DNA of 64,000 nt from an uncultured candidate division WWE3 bacterium (GTDB lineage: Bacteria > Patescibacteriota > WWE3 > UBA101185 > UBA10185). The stretch is taken from contig CAVXUZ010000005.1 of assembly GCA_963765125.1 (NCBI GenBank), forward strand, positions 361,441 to 425,440, in the 5' to 3' direction. The notes under the pieces are model-generated. The model worked only from the letters and a program-made list of their open reading frames with translations. It searched no databases and was not told the DNA's origin. Made by a program: the position numbers and the translations under genes. Below, piece after piece: positions 24,827 through 33,981 of the stretch (position 1 is its first letter; each line of letters opens with the position of its first letter).

Positions 24827-26425
24827 AGGTGGTATCATAATAACATCATGAAATCTAAAATTGTAGAACTCAAGTTTCAAGGATTTGAGGACATAAAAAA
24901 AGTACTTAAAGCAAATATTCCGGTATTTTTCATTATTGCCACATTAATATTCATTGCTTTTATCGCGGGTATAAGTGGTGAGTTTGTCTCAGACGACATA
25001 CCTGGTATCACAAAAAATATAAACGTGATTGATTTCGGAAAGTCCATACAACAGGGCCAAATACAACCAATTATCTACAGCGCGATTTATAATATTTTTG
25101 GCGAAAATGAAGAACCATTTCACGCATTCTCGATGCTTTTTCACTTTGTTAACATAATTTTGTTCTTTTTGATAATTTACAATCTTTTTGATAAAAAAGT
25201 CGCAGCACTTGCGAGCGTGTTGTACGCGGTTCATCCAGTCGTGGCAGAAACTGTATATTGGATTTCTGCTCTAAACTATCTAATTAACACATTTATTCTT
25301 CAAATTACTGTACTACTATATATGCTCTACAAAACTACTGGTAAAAAAAGTTACATTTATATTTTTACAGGTTACATGCTTGTTTTACCTTTTATCTTTG
25401 GTAACTATTGGCTTTACATGATTCCCTTTTTCTTACTGGCATTAGAATTATTTTTCTTTTTTGACCAAAAAATTAACTGGAAGCCAATATTGTTGCTTGT
25501 ACCATTATTTTTAATTTCGTTAGTCAGCTTTCTATTAAAATCACAAACCCAGCTAGTTGAAAGGGTAGGCTCACTACAAACTCCAGATGCAACGCCATAC
25601 TTTAATCGTGTACCTTATACGATTTACATGACTTGGGAGTTACTATTCTATCCTGCAGATCTCACTATTTACCACGAAGGAAGGGTGATAGGACAAACCA
25701 AATACGTCATGATGTTCGTAATCTCTCTGGCAACAATAGCGCTGATACTGTTCTTATTAAAAAAAGAAAAACTTCGAATTTACGGAGGTTTAATATTGTT
25801 AATGTTCGTAGCGTCACTACCGGTGTTTAGTCCCATACAGGTTGCATGGTTTATCGCCGAAAGATACATGTATGTAACAACAGGTATGTTCGCGGCGCTA
25901 GTCGCAGTAATTTTATTAAAGACTGAGACAAGATTTAAAAAGAAAAACTTTGCATTAATTGTTTGCTCCTTACTTGTGATTGCCTATATAGGCAGAGATA
26001 TTGTAAGAGCACAAGATTGGAAAACAAGAAAAAATCTTTGGCTTTCTACAGAACTCCACGGGCCATACAGCGCGAGAGTGCATAATAATTTAGGAGATGT
26101 GTTTGGCATAGAAAAAAATTATGCCGAGTCAATAAGACACTTTGAACTTGCAATAGCAATAAAACCAACATATAGCGAAGCAATGCATAATCTTGGAAAT
26201 ACGTACTTACAAATAGGCAATTACGACAAAGCTAAAGAAGTATTGAGTAAGTCACTAGAAGTAAACCCAATGCTTTTTCAATCTATCCATAAACTAGGTC
26301 TTATTGAATACAACAAAGGTAATGTAGAGCAAGCAAAGGAGTATTTTAGAAAAACTCTAGAAATTGACCCAACCTATCTACCTGCTATTGAAGCTTTACA
26401 AATTTTGCAGCAAAGAACCCAGTAA
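24815..26425 (+). CDS. polytopic membrane protein with C-terminal TPR repeats (GT-C-fold, TMTC/PMT_2-like glycosyltransferase candidate)
   Basis: About 10 predicted TM helices, an acidic FVSDDIPG first loop, and at least 3 TPR repeats at the C-terminus. Confidence 0.45.
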   Translation: MSIHRWYHNNIMKSKIVELKFQGFEDIKKVLKANIPVFFIIATLIFIAFIAGISGEFVSDDIPGITKNINVIDFGKSIQQGQIQPIIYSAIYNIFGENEEPFHAFSMLFHFVNIILFFLIIYNLFDKKVAALASVLYAVHPVVAETVYWISALNYLINTFILQITVLLYMLYKTTGKKSYIYIFTGYMLVLPFIFGNYWLYMIPFFLLALELFFFFDQKINWKPILLLVPLFLISLVSFLLKSQTQLVERVGSLQTPDATPYFNRVPYTIYMTWELLFYPADLTIYHEGRVIGQTKYVMMFVISLATIALILFLLKKEKLRIYGGLILLMFVASLPVFSPIQVAWFIAERYMYVTTGMFAALVAVILLKTETRFKKKNFALIVCSLLVIAYIGRDIVRAQDWKTRKNLWLSTELHGPYSARVHNNLGDVFGIEKNYAESIRHFELAIAIKPTYSEAMHNLGNTYLQIGNYDKAKEVLSKSLEVNPMLFQSIHKLGLIEYNKGNVEQAKEYFRKTLEIDPTYLPAIEALQILQQRTQ

Positions 26426-27248
26426 AAAGACCGTCCGGAATTTGTTTTTTAATCTCGAGTAAACTTATATTTTTGTAGTGGTCTAAAATCCAAACGATAA
26501 TGTCCTCGTTTTCTTCTTTGCTAAAAGTAGACGTAGAGTATACAAAGATTCCCTCTGAACGAAGCATCTTTATCGCAGATGCAACTAACTTTTTCTGCTC
26601 CTTCGCGCATTTCGCAGGAAGACTCGGGCTCCATTTTTCTAGTGACGCGGGGTCGTTAATATACACGTGGCCTTCGTTGGAACTTGGCGCATCGAGAAGC
26701 ACTCTATCGAAATACTCATTGAATAACTTAAACTTTTTTTCTAAGCCAACTCCAGATGCGTAGACAACTTCAGCCTGTGCCCCATTTCTAACCAAATTAT
26801 CTTCAAGTGCTGACGCTCTCTCTTTATTATTTTCAACAGCAATAATCTGTGACTTTCCCTTCGTAAGAGCTGCTATCTGAGTAGTTTTACTACCTACACC
26901 TGCACACATATCTAAAATTCGCTCACCCTCTTGAGGTTCCAAAAGTTGAACAGGCACCATACTTGCGAGTCTTTGAATATAAATGTTACCGTCTGTAAAA
27001 AGCGGTGTTTCTGAAAGTGCATAACCAATTGGTTCGTGTTCAATAACGTAGCTATTACTTAAAGGTCCCGGTTTAACAGTAAACCCAGACTGCTTCAACA
27101 TCTTGAGTGCGTCGCTGGGGCTCATCTTTAAAGTATTTACACGAAATGTAACGGGGGGTTTTTCATACAAATGCTGAAGTACTCTTACATGTTTTGGGCC
27201 GAATATTTTTTGAATCTTTTGAACAAAAAGGTCTTTTTTATTAGTCAT
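26385..27248 (-). CDS. NOL1/NOP2/Sun-family RNA m5C methyltransferase (RsmB/RsmF-like)
   Basis: LDMCAGVGSKT SAM motif, DAPSS motif and catalytic region. Internal Met start chosen to avoid overlap with the cupin gene. Confidence 0.7.
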   Translation of the reverse strand: MTNKKDLFVQKIQKIFGPKHVRVLQHLYEKPPVTFRVNTLKMSPSDALKMLKQSGFTVKPGPLSNSYVIEHEPIGYALSETPLFTDGNIYIQRLASMVPVQLLEPQEGERILDMCAGVGSKTTQIAALTKGKSQIIAVENNKERASALEDNLVRNGAQAEVVYASGVGLEKKFKLFNEYFDRVLLDAPSSNEGHVYINDPASLEKWSPSLPAKCAKEQKKLVASAIKMLRSEGIFVYSTSTFSKEENEDIIVWILDHYKNISLLEIKKQIPDGLFTGFFAAKFVKLQ

Positions 27249-27570
27249 TAAGCTTTTCTGACCAGAAAAACTTGCAACCGCGCTTACCAATCTTCAAAGA
27301 GTGGGCAGTATTTTCCGGAATAATAATTAAATCTCCGCTAGTACATTCTATAGTCTTATTGCATACATTTACAACCATACTTCCCTTTAAAATAACGAAA
27401 AGTCTATCTCTCATGGTTTCTTGTGGGCGATACTCATACTCAGCCGTATTAGTAACTAGTATCGGTGAGAACTGCAGATTAAGAATTGATTGTTTAACCT
27501 TCAATTCGTTTTGATTTTTAAACTTACTCTTTTGGTGGATTATTTTACTGAGACTTAATTCATTTTTCAC
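27241..27570 (-). CDS. cupin-domain protein
   Basis: 109 aa, GDLIIIPENTAHSL cupin motif. Confidence 0.5.
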   Translation of the reverse strand: MKNELSLSKIIHQKSKFKNQNELKVKQSILNLQFSPILVTNTAEYEYRPQETMRDRLFVILKGSMVVNVCNKTIECTSGDLIIIPENTAHSLKIGKRGCKFFWSEKLND

Positions 27571-27602
27571 ATTTGTATTTTATCAGTATTATGGTTTTTA
27601 TT

Positions 27603-28235
27603 ATGAAAAAGGGTTTATTTATTTTACTTCGTGGATTACCTGCATCTGGGAAAACAACGATAGCAAACAATTTTGTTAAAGTATCCCCGATTGCTTTTAC
27701 CTCATTAGATCCAGATACAGTGGATATTTCCAGCAAAGAGTATAGAAAGTTCATTCCAAAGATGACAAAGAATCCATCACCTAATGTGAAAATGTATTCT
27801 TATCTTTTTCAAAAATCTATTGCTCTACTGTCTGATGAGAAAAATGTGATTTGGCAGCAACCTTGGACTAGGCTTGCCGAGGTCAAACTAACAATACAAA
27901 ATATGGGTTACTATTTTACTACGCTGGGGAACAACGTTTGGTCGACAGATCTCAACATCATTTTAGAAAAATTACCTTTTGGGTTTCTAGTTGTACAAGT
28001 CAACATTTCTACTAATGGCTGTGTTTCAAGATACCAGCAAAGAAAAGGAGTTAAGGATTTTATAAGATTAGATAAAACAATTAGATGCTTTCAGAAGTCT
28101 AACCTAGGTGTACCAATACTAAATATTGATGGCGCAGATAGCCCCATTAAAAACGCGCAGCTGTTAATTGAATTTATGGAAAATCAAACCACCCAAAAAA
28201 ACACACAAAGCCCTACAATTGAAAAAAACGCGTGA
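27603..28235 (+). CDS. P-loop kinase/NTPase (AAA_33 / zeta-toxin-like fold)
   Basis: Walker A LLRGLPASGKTT near the N-terminus, no other recognisable domain. Confidence 0.4.
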   Translation: MKKGLFILLRGLPASGKTTIANNFVKVSPIAFTSLDPDTVDISSKEYRKFIPKMTKNPSPNVKMYSYLFQKSIALLSDEKNVIWQQPWTRLAEVKLTIQNMGYYFTTLGNNVWSTDLNIILEKLPFGFLVVQVNISTNGCVSRYQQRKGVKDFIRLDKTIRCFQKSNLGVPILNIDGADSPIKNAQLLIEFMENQTTQKNTQSPTIEKNA

Positions 28236-29200
28236 ATGACCCAAAACCTAAAAACTACCTTTGTTCCCTCCCATCCTAATGCTTCAAAGTGGTGATGAAG
28301 TGGCGCTATTTTGAAAACCTTTTTTCCATTTCTAAAATATTTTGATGTCCATTGTATTAATGTGGAGAATGCATCTACAACGTAGATAAAACAAAATATA
28401 GGGAATATAAAGAATGTGCCTGTTGTCATGATTATTACACCTAGTACTGCTCCAAAAGATAAAGCTCCCGTATCACCCATAAATAATCTCGCGGGGTTTA
28501 TGTTGAAGTACAAAAAAGCAAGTACTGCTCCCATTAATAAAAATAGAAATACGTTTTGTGTGACGCTGTCATTTGTGTACGATATTATGCTAATGAGAAC
28601 AACAGTTGTAATTAACCAAAGACCTGCAGCTAAGCCATCGATTCCATCCACTATGTTGAAGGCGTTTGAAACGAAGATTATTGTTAACATTGAAAGTGCA
28701 AATAAAATCAAACCGTCTGTTATCACCAAACCAGTAAATGGAATTGAAATATAAAATAAACCACTTGAAATACCGATATACGTCACGATTGCAGACACAA
28801 TTATTTGAATTGCAAATTTATATCTAACTCTTAAACCATGAGCATAAATTTTTCTGATGTCGTCTATAAACCCTACAATTCCAAAAAGTAGTAACACACT
28901 GAGAAGTAATAAAAACTCTTGCTGATTAAATTTGTAAATTCCTAAAAAATGAATTAAAGAAAAGACTATGCTAACTATAAAAACAATTAGAACACCGCCG
29001 CCACTTGGAGTACCAACTTTACCACCTTTAATATTATCGAAGATGTCTACGTTGTCACCAAAACGATCTAGTCGACCCTTTTCTCTTTTAGGGTCTTTCA
29101 TATTTAGGTTGTATAAAAATCCGATAAAGGGAATGAACAACAGCCAGGTTGCTATACATGAAACAATAGCCAAAAAATACATATTTGGTGCAATGCTCAT
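28184..29200 (-). CDS. mraY: phospho-N-acetylmuramoyl-pentapeptide transferase
   Basis: NAFNIVDGIDGLAAG, FMGDTGALSFG and APLHHHFEALGWEGTKVVFRFW motifs, 10-TM protein. Confidence 0.85.
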   Translation of the reverse strand: MSIAPNMYFLAIVSCIATWLLFIPFIGFLYNLNMKDPKREKGRLDRFGDNVDIFDNIKGGKVGTPSGGGVLIVFIVSIVFSLIHFLGIYKFNQQEFLLLLSVLLLFGIVGFIDDIRKIYAHGLRVRYKFAIQIIVSAIVTYIGISSGLFYISIPFTGLVITDGLILFALSMLTIIFVSNAFNIVDGIDGLAAGLWLITTVVLISIISYTNDSVTQNVFLFLLMGAVLAFLYFNINPARLFMGDTGALSFGAVLGVIIMTTGTFFIFPIFCFIYVVDAFSTLIQWTSKYFRNGKKVFKIAPLHHHFEALGWEGTKVVFRFWVIHAFFSIVGLCVFFWVV

Positions 29201-29330
29201 AGGTTTATTATATTCGCAATTTATTAAATAACTATATTTTTATCGTAAAACTGTCGTTGTTATCACAACTTAGCTTGTTTGGCTGGTGTTTTGTACTAAT
29301 ACTATGCAATACTAATGTGTATAGCCTAAT

Positions 29331-30200
29331 ATGCTTAAGAAAACGTTTAGAAAACCATATAGAACCTTACTAACTAAGATTACTAAAAATGTTATTGAGA
29401 AGCACCATCCACGTATTATTGCTGTTGTTGGTAATGGGCAAACGTCGATTGCCAGAGAGTTAATTTATCATGTACTAAAAAGTAAATTTGCAGTTAGAAG
29501 AAATTTAGAGTCCCCGGAATCAGAGTTTAGCGTTCCTCTCACAATTATCGGGCACGCCTCATATCCTTCAAGCGCAATTGAGTGGGTATCGGTTATTATT
29601 AAATCCATTTATAACCTTAATAAAATTAAACCCTATGAGCACTTTCTAGTTTTAGAAATAAACTTTAATGACAATGAGCTCCTTCAGGATTGGCTTAAAA
29701 TTACCGCGCCTGAGGTGTTGTTTATTGTTGGATCTATGAGTTTTGACTATTCATCATTACCGACCAAAAAAGTTGTGAAAATTGCTATGGTTGATTCTAC
29801 AGACGTGCTCGCACCGTTTAGACTTGGGGTTGAACAAGTTGCAAAGTATTTGGAAATAGATAGCAACGATGTCGAAACCGCATTTCAAACTTTTTCTTTA
29901 CCTGTATCAAAAATTCGCTATTTACCAGGTATTAACGAATCAGCCGTAATTGATGCCACCTACTACTATTTTCCTATTAAGTTAGAGGCTGTATTAGAAC
30001 TTGTGGATACAACACAAAACAATATAATCTTATTTTCTAGCCTAAAAGATGACGTTGCCTTAATACAGGGAAAGAAAATACTTATAAATCCAGAAAATTA
30101 CATTCCAAAGAAAGAAGACACAATAATATTACGTGGTCCTCGTACTAAGACTCTTCAGGAATTTGAGAGATTTGTTGAAAAAACCACTCCTCTTTTTTAA
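29331..30200 (+). CDS. Mur-ligase-like protein with degenerate P-loop (GNGQTS instead of GxNGKT[TS]), truncated at about 289 aa
   Basis: IAVVGNGQTSIARELIYHVL resembles the Mur ligase central-domain nucleotide loop. Divergent from mraY. No C-terminal Mur domain. Confidence 0.35.
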   Translation: MLKKTFRKPYRTLLTKITKNVIEKHHPRIIAVVGNGQTSIARELIYHVLKSKFAVRRNLESPESEFSVPLTIIGHASYPSSAIEWVSVIIKSIYNLNKIKPYEHFLVLEINFNDNELLQDWLKITAPEVLFIVGSMSFDYSSLPTKKVVKIAMVDSTDVLAPFRLGVEQVAKYLEIDSNDVETAFQTFSLPVSKIRYLPGINESAVIDATYYYFPIKLEAVLELVDTTQNNIILFSSLKDDVALIQGKKILINPENYIPKKEDTIILRGPRTKTLQEFERFVEKTTPLF

Positions 30201-30201
30201 T

Positions 30202-30786
30202 ATGAGTAAAGTATCACTTGATAAAAACCAAGAGAAAAAACTAATTAAAGCAACGCAAAAAAATAAAGAAGCGTTTACACCACTCTATTTAAACTACAAG
30301 CCGCACATCATTTCATTTTTTTCTTATCGAGTCTCTGATAAGCAATCCGCAGAAGAGCTGACATCAGAGGTATTCGAAAAAGCCCTAACTGGAATTGATA
30401 ACTACCAGTGGCAAGGAATTCCTTTTTCTGCGTGGTTATTTAGAATCGCGCGTAATACGCTTGTCGATTTTTACAGACGTAACGAAAAAAATAAAAAGGT
30501 TTCGCCGATAAATGATGAGGAGCAACCCATCACAGATAATAAAACTCCACTTGAGCACAATGAGGTTATGGCTTCTGAAGATTTACTTTATAAAGTCCTG
30601 CAGGAACTTCCTTCTCGGGAAATGAATATTATTTATATGAAATTTTTTGATGGATATACAAACAGGCTTATTTCGAAACTGACTGGACTTACAGAAACAA
30701 ATATAGGAACTATAATTTTCAGAACGTTAAAAAGAATGCGTGAAATGTACACTGAAAATAAAAATGAATTTATTTATAGGAATTAA
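30202..30786 (+). CDS. ECF-type RNA polymerase sigma factor (sigma-70 regions 2 and 4)
   Basis: FSAWLFRIARNTLVDFYRR (region 2.x) and a C-terminal HTH (region 4). ATG 2 nt after the upstream stop. Confidence 0.7.
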   Translation: MSKVSLDKNQEKKLIKATQKNKEAFTPLYLNYKPHIISFFSYRVSDKQSAEELTSEVFEKALTGIDNYQWQGIPFSAWLFRIARNTLVDFYRRNEKNKKVSPINDEEQPITDNKTPLEHNEVMASEDLLYKVLQELPSREMNIIYMKFFDGYTNRLISKLTGLTETNIGTIIFRTLKRMREMYTENKNEFIYRN

Positions 30787-30788
30787 TT

Positions 30789-31781
30789 CTATTTACCTAT
30801 TATCTTCATTAAAACATTAGCGAGCTTATCAGAGTCATGTCGAATTAAACTTCTTCTCACAGCGTCCCCTTCTTTTCTAACAACAACTTTTCCTGCGAGT
30901 AAGTCTGCCTTTACAACTTTAAACGGATGTTTACCGTTGAGGTCATTTTTAACAGGGTATCCTTTTTCGTCTTCATATTTTTTTAGAATGTCTTGTGGAA
31001 GTTTTGTATTACTCACGACTACATAGTCTGGATAAATCTTTAAATAACGTTTTAGTTCGTCAACATATTTTTTTGCAGTAAAGTTAGTTGTTTGTCCATG
31101 TTTATTTATAAGATTTACATTGAAGATAACCTTACCTTTTGATTTTTTAATTGCTTCTGCTGTACCTGAAACCACCATATTTGCCAAAAGACTCGTATAT
31201 AAATCTCCAGGCCCTAAAATAATAAAATCTGCTTCGAGTATGGCTTTTTTTGCTTTTGGATAAATTTTTGCTTTTGGCTGAATTTTTAGTTTTTTGATTT
31301 TTTTATTACAATCGTGCCTCGAATTTGGTTCGTCTATAAAACTTTCTCCAATCAAAATAGACCCATCTTCGTATTCTGCAACTAGCGTCACGTCATCACG
31401 CGATACCGGTAAAACTTTTCCTTTAACTCTTAAAATTTTTGAAACGTGCTCATACGCAATTTCATCTGATTTATACATATCGGACAAAGCAGTAATAAGA
31501 AGATTTCCAAAGTTATGCCCTTTCAACCCCATTCCTTTATCAAACCTGTATAAAAACAGCTCACGCATAATGTTGCTATCGCCATTTGCATCAGCAAGCG
31601 CTGCTAACGCCATTCGGTAATCACCAACAGGTAAAAAACCAAACTCATCGCGTAAACGCCCCGTACTGCCTCCACTATCTGCAACCGTAACTATAGCTGT
31701 TATATCTAAATCCTTCTTTTTTAATCCAGACAGAATGGTGAAGGTACCGGTTCCGCCCCCTATCACTACAACTTTTTTCAT
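30789..31781 (-). CDS. yvcK: YvcK/CofD-family (UPF0052) gluconeogenesis-factor-like protein
   Basis: VVIGGGTGTFTILSGLK...VTVADSGGSTGRLRDEFG signature. Confidence 0.85.
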   Translation of the reverse strand: MKKVVVIGGGTGTFTILSGLKKKDLDITAIVTVADSGGSTGRLRDEFGFLPVGDYRMALAALADANGDSNIMRELFLYRFDKGMGLKGHNFGNLLITALSDMYKSDEIAYEHVSKILRVKGKVLPVSRDDVTLVAEYEDGSILIGESFIDEPNSRHDCNKKIKKLKIQPKAKIYPKAKKAILEADFIILGPGDLYTSLLANMVVSGTAEAIKKSKGKVIFNVNLINKHGQTTNFTAKKYVDELKRYLKIYPDYVVVSNTKLPQDILKKYEDEKGYPVKNDLNGKHPFKVVKADLLAGKVVVRKEGDAVRRSLIRHDSDKLANVLMKIIGK

Positions 31782-31848
31782 TATTAATATTCAACGAAAT
31801 TGAGATTAAGGTATCACATTTATTAGAGGAATTAAAACGCCAGTAAGA

Positions 31849-32613
31849 CTAAAGAAACGTTAAACTATCCATAAAACTTTCCATTTCTTTGGTCAAGTTT
31901 TCATCATTGTAAAGCCCGCTGGGACTCGAAAAGGATATCTCGTAAAGAATACTTTTGCTTCTGTCTACAATTAACGCGGTATGTTCAAAGTTGTCAGTTT
32001 TTTTCTTAAAATAAAGACCCTCTTTATACTTAAGCTTGTACGGCTCTTCGCTATACTTATCGGTACTCTCACGATTTGCTCTGACTAATGAGTTGTTATC
32101 TAAACTGTAATCAAACTTAACTTCTTTAATTGTTAGCGAGAAATTTTTCTCTCCATTAGTTTTACTAATTAAATCGTGTTTTTCTAAAAAAGGCACCTTT
32201 TTATCCACAACTGAAGTCGCCTCATAATCTGGACTAAAGTTCATTGTAAAATATTTACTTTCGAGGGTTTTAAACAAAAACGATTCTTCTTTTTTTGATT
32301 CTTTATTTGACAAGGCGCTCATCAAAAAGATTAGAACTATTGGCGTAACGATTATTGCTGTAAGTAACCAACTCGGCATTCCTTTTCCTGCCTTTTTTAC
32401 TGTAACGTCATTTATGCGATAAGAGCTTCCTAATTGGGTAATAGATTCGTCGTCTGCTTTTTCGTTGCTTACTGGCATACTCTGGTTTGGTGATTGATTT
32501 GCTTGTGGTTGAGGCTGCACTACTTCAGCAACACCTGGGGCAGGATGATTTGGAGCAATAGAAGACACATGACTGTCTTCACCTATAATGTCTGAGACAA
32601 CCCAATCGCTCAC
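31849..32613 (-). CDS. single-pass membrane protein of unknown function (upstream of pilin genes)
   Basis: 254 aa with a Pro/Gln-rich N-terminus and one TM helix. No recognisable motif. Confidence 0.35.
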   Translation of the reverse strand: MSDWVVSDIIGEDSHVSSIAPNHPAPGVAEVVQPQPQANQSPNQSMPVSNEKADDESITQLGSSYRINDVTVKKAGKGMPSWLLTAIIVTPIVLIFLMSALSNKESKKEESFLFKTLESKYFTMNFSPDYEATSVVDKKVPFLEKHDLISKTNGEKNFSLTIKEVKFDYSLDNNSLVRANRESTDKYSEEPYKLKYKEGLYFKKKTDNFEHTALIVDRSKSILYEISFSSPSGLYNDENLTKEMESFMDSLTFL

Positions 32614-32665
32614 AGAATAATTATACAGAATTTATTTATACTACCAAGAAAAAGCCTAAATATTT

Positions 32666-33208
32666 TTACTGGCAAAGGCTAACAATATCGTCACTATCAG
32701 TAACGGTTAGTGGGCATTCAAATACCTCGCCACCATTTTTACTGTCAAAGGTGAACACTGCGCTAGCGATGCCCGATGATTTTGCGTAGAGCCTAAACCT
32801 TGTGGGATCACCGTTTACATTACCTACGTACCTAAAATAACATTGGTCGGTACCCCCGCTAACATTTGTCCAACCGCTTGCGTCGCAAACTTCGGGCATG
32901 TTTATTCCTTGCACAGAAAACAGGCACTCATTATCAGGAACTCCTGCAACTGTGCAACTGCCGTTAAACTCGTTTGCATTAAACTCTAAAGAGCCCATAA
33001 ATTCGGCCTCGTTCGCAACTCTTCCGTAAGAAGAGTTAAACGATTCAGCTGAAAGTATTATTTTGTTAATCATCGCTGTTACCGTACCGTCGTTCGCTTG
33101 ATTCTGCTGTTTACTTGGGTTAATAATTGTAACCAAAACTGCAGCTAGAATTCCAATAAGAACAATTACGATCAACAACTCGATCAATGTAAAACCATTT
33201 TTTTTCAC
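32666..33208 (-). CDS. type IV pilin (prepilin N-terminal methylation domain), GTG start
   Basis: KKNGFTLIELLIVIVLIGILA class III signal. Cys-rich C-terminal half. Confidence 0.85.
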   Translation of the reverse strand: MKKNGFTLIELLIVIVLIGILAAVLVTIINPSKQQNQANDGTVTAMINKIILSAESFNSSYGRVANEAEFMGSLEFNANEFNGSCTVAGVPDNECLFSVQGINMPEVCDASGWTNVSGGTDQCYFRYVGNVNGDPTRFRLYAKSSGIASAVFTFDSKNGGEVFECPLTVTDSDDIVSLCQ

Positions 33209-33241
33209 TTCAATTACCCCGAGTTCTTAAAAACTCAAATA

Positions 33242-33820
33242 CTAGTTGCACGGGTCACCATCGGTAGCATCTGCAGCGTCAGCATCTGCGACTGATGCAG
33301 CTGGACATTCGACTATATCTCCAATTTTGTTGTCATAGAGAAATACTGTTCCCGCAATACCGTAAGATCTGGCAGCTAACCTAAAGTGAGTCTCGTCTGT
33401 TCCGCCAACTGCTTCACCATAGTAATGGTAGGCGCAAGCTGTAGCTCCAGCTCCTTGCCATCCACTTGCAGCACATGCTGAGTTTGAACCGTCATCAACT
33501 TTAAGGTCGTTACCTGTTACTGTAAAGTTACAAACGTGGGGCATTTCTGCGGATCCGCCAGCGCATGAAGCACCAACATCAGCAGCATTCTGCAATGATC
33601 CCATCAACTCAACGTCATTAGGGGCTCTACCATAGGCTGAAATAAATCCTTCTACGGCTAAACCAACTTTATTAATTGTGGCTTGGACTCCCGCATCTTT
33701 TGCTCTATTTTGTTGTTGCGCAGGGTTAATAATCGCGATCAAAACACCGGCTAAAATACCGATGATTACAATAACGATAAGAAGCTCAATGAGTGTGAAT
33801 CCTTTTTGATTTTTTAGCAA
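33242..33820 (-). CDS. type IV pilin paralog, TTG start
   Basis: QKGFTLIELLIVIVIIGILA. Cys/Ala/Gly-rich C-terminus. AGGGGG RBS. Confidence 0.85.
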   Translation of the reverse strand: MLKNQKGFTLIELLIVIVIIGILAGVLIAIINPAQQQNRAKDAGVQATINKVGLAVEGFISAYGRAPNDVELMGSLQNAADVGASCAGGSAEMPHVCNFTVTGNDLKVDDGSNSACAASGWQGAGATACAYHYYGEAVGGTDETHFRLAARSYGIAGTVFLYDNKIGDIVECPAASVADADAADATDGDPCN

Positions 33821-33981
33821 AGTTCACACCCCCTCTCAAAAGATTAAATTTTAAAAAGTATTTTGACATAGTACAAGGCAGGCGAAAGCCAAACTTGGCT
33901 TTAGAGTACTACTCCAACACCTATTATAAAGTATGAAACTTTAAAGTTGCTGTGTCAAGAAAATGTGGGTGTTCAAATTAG

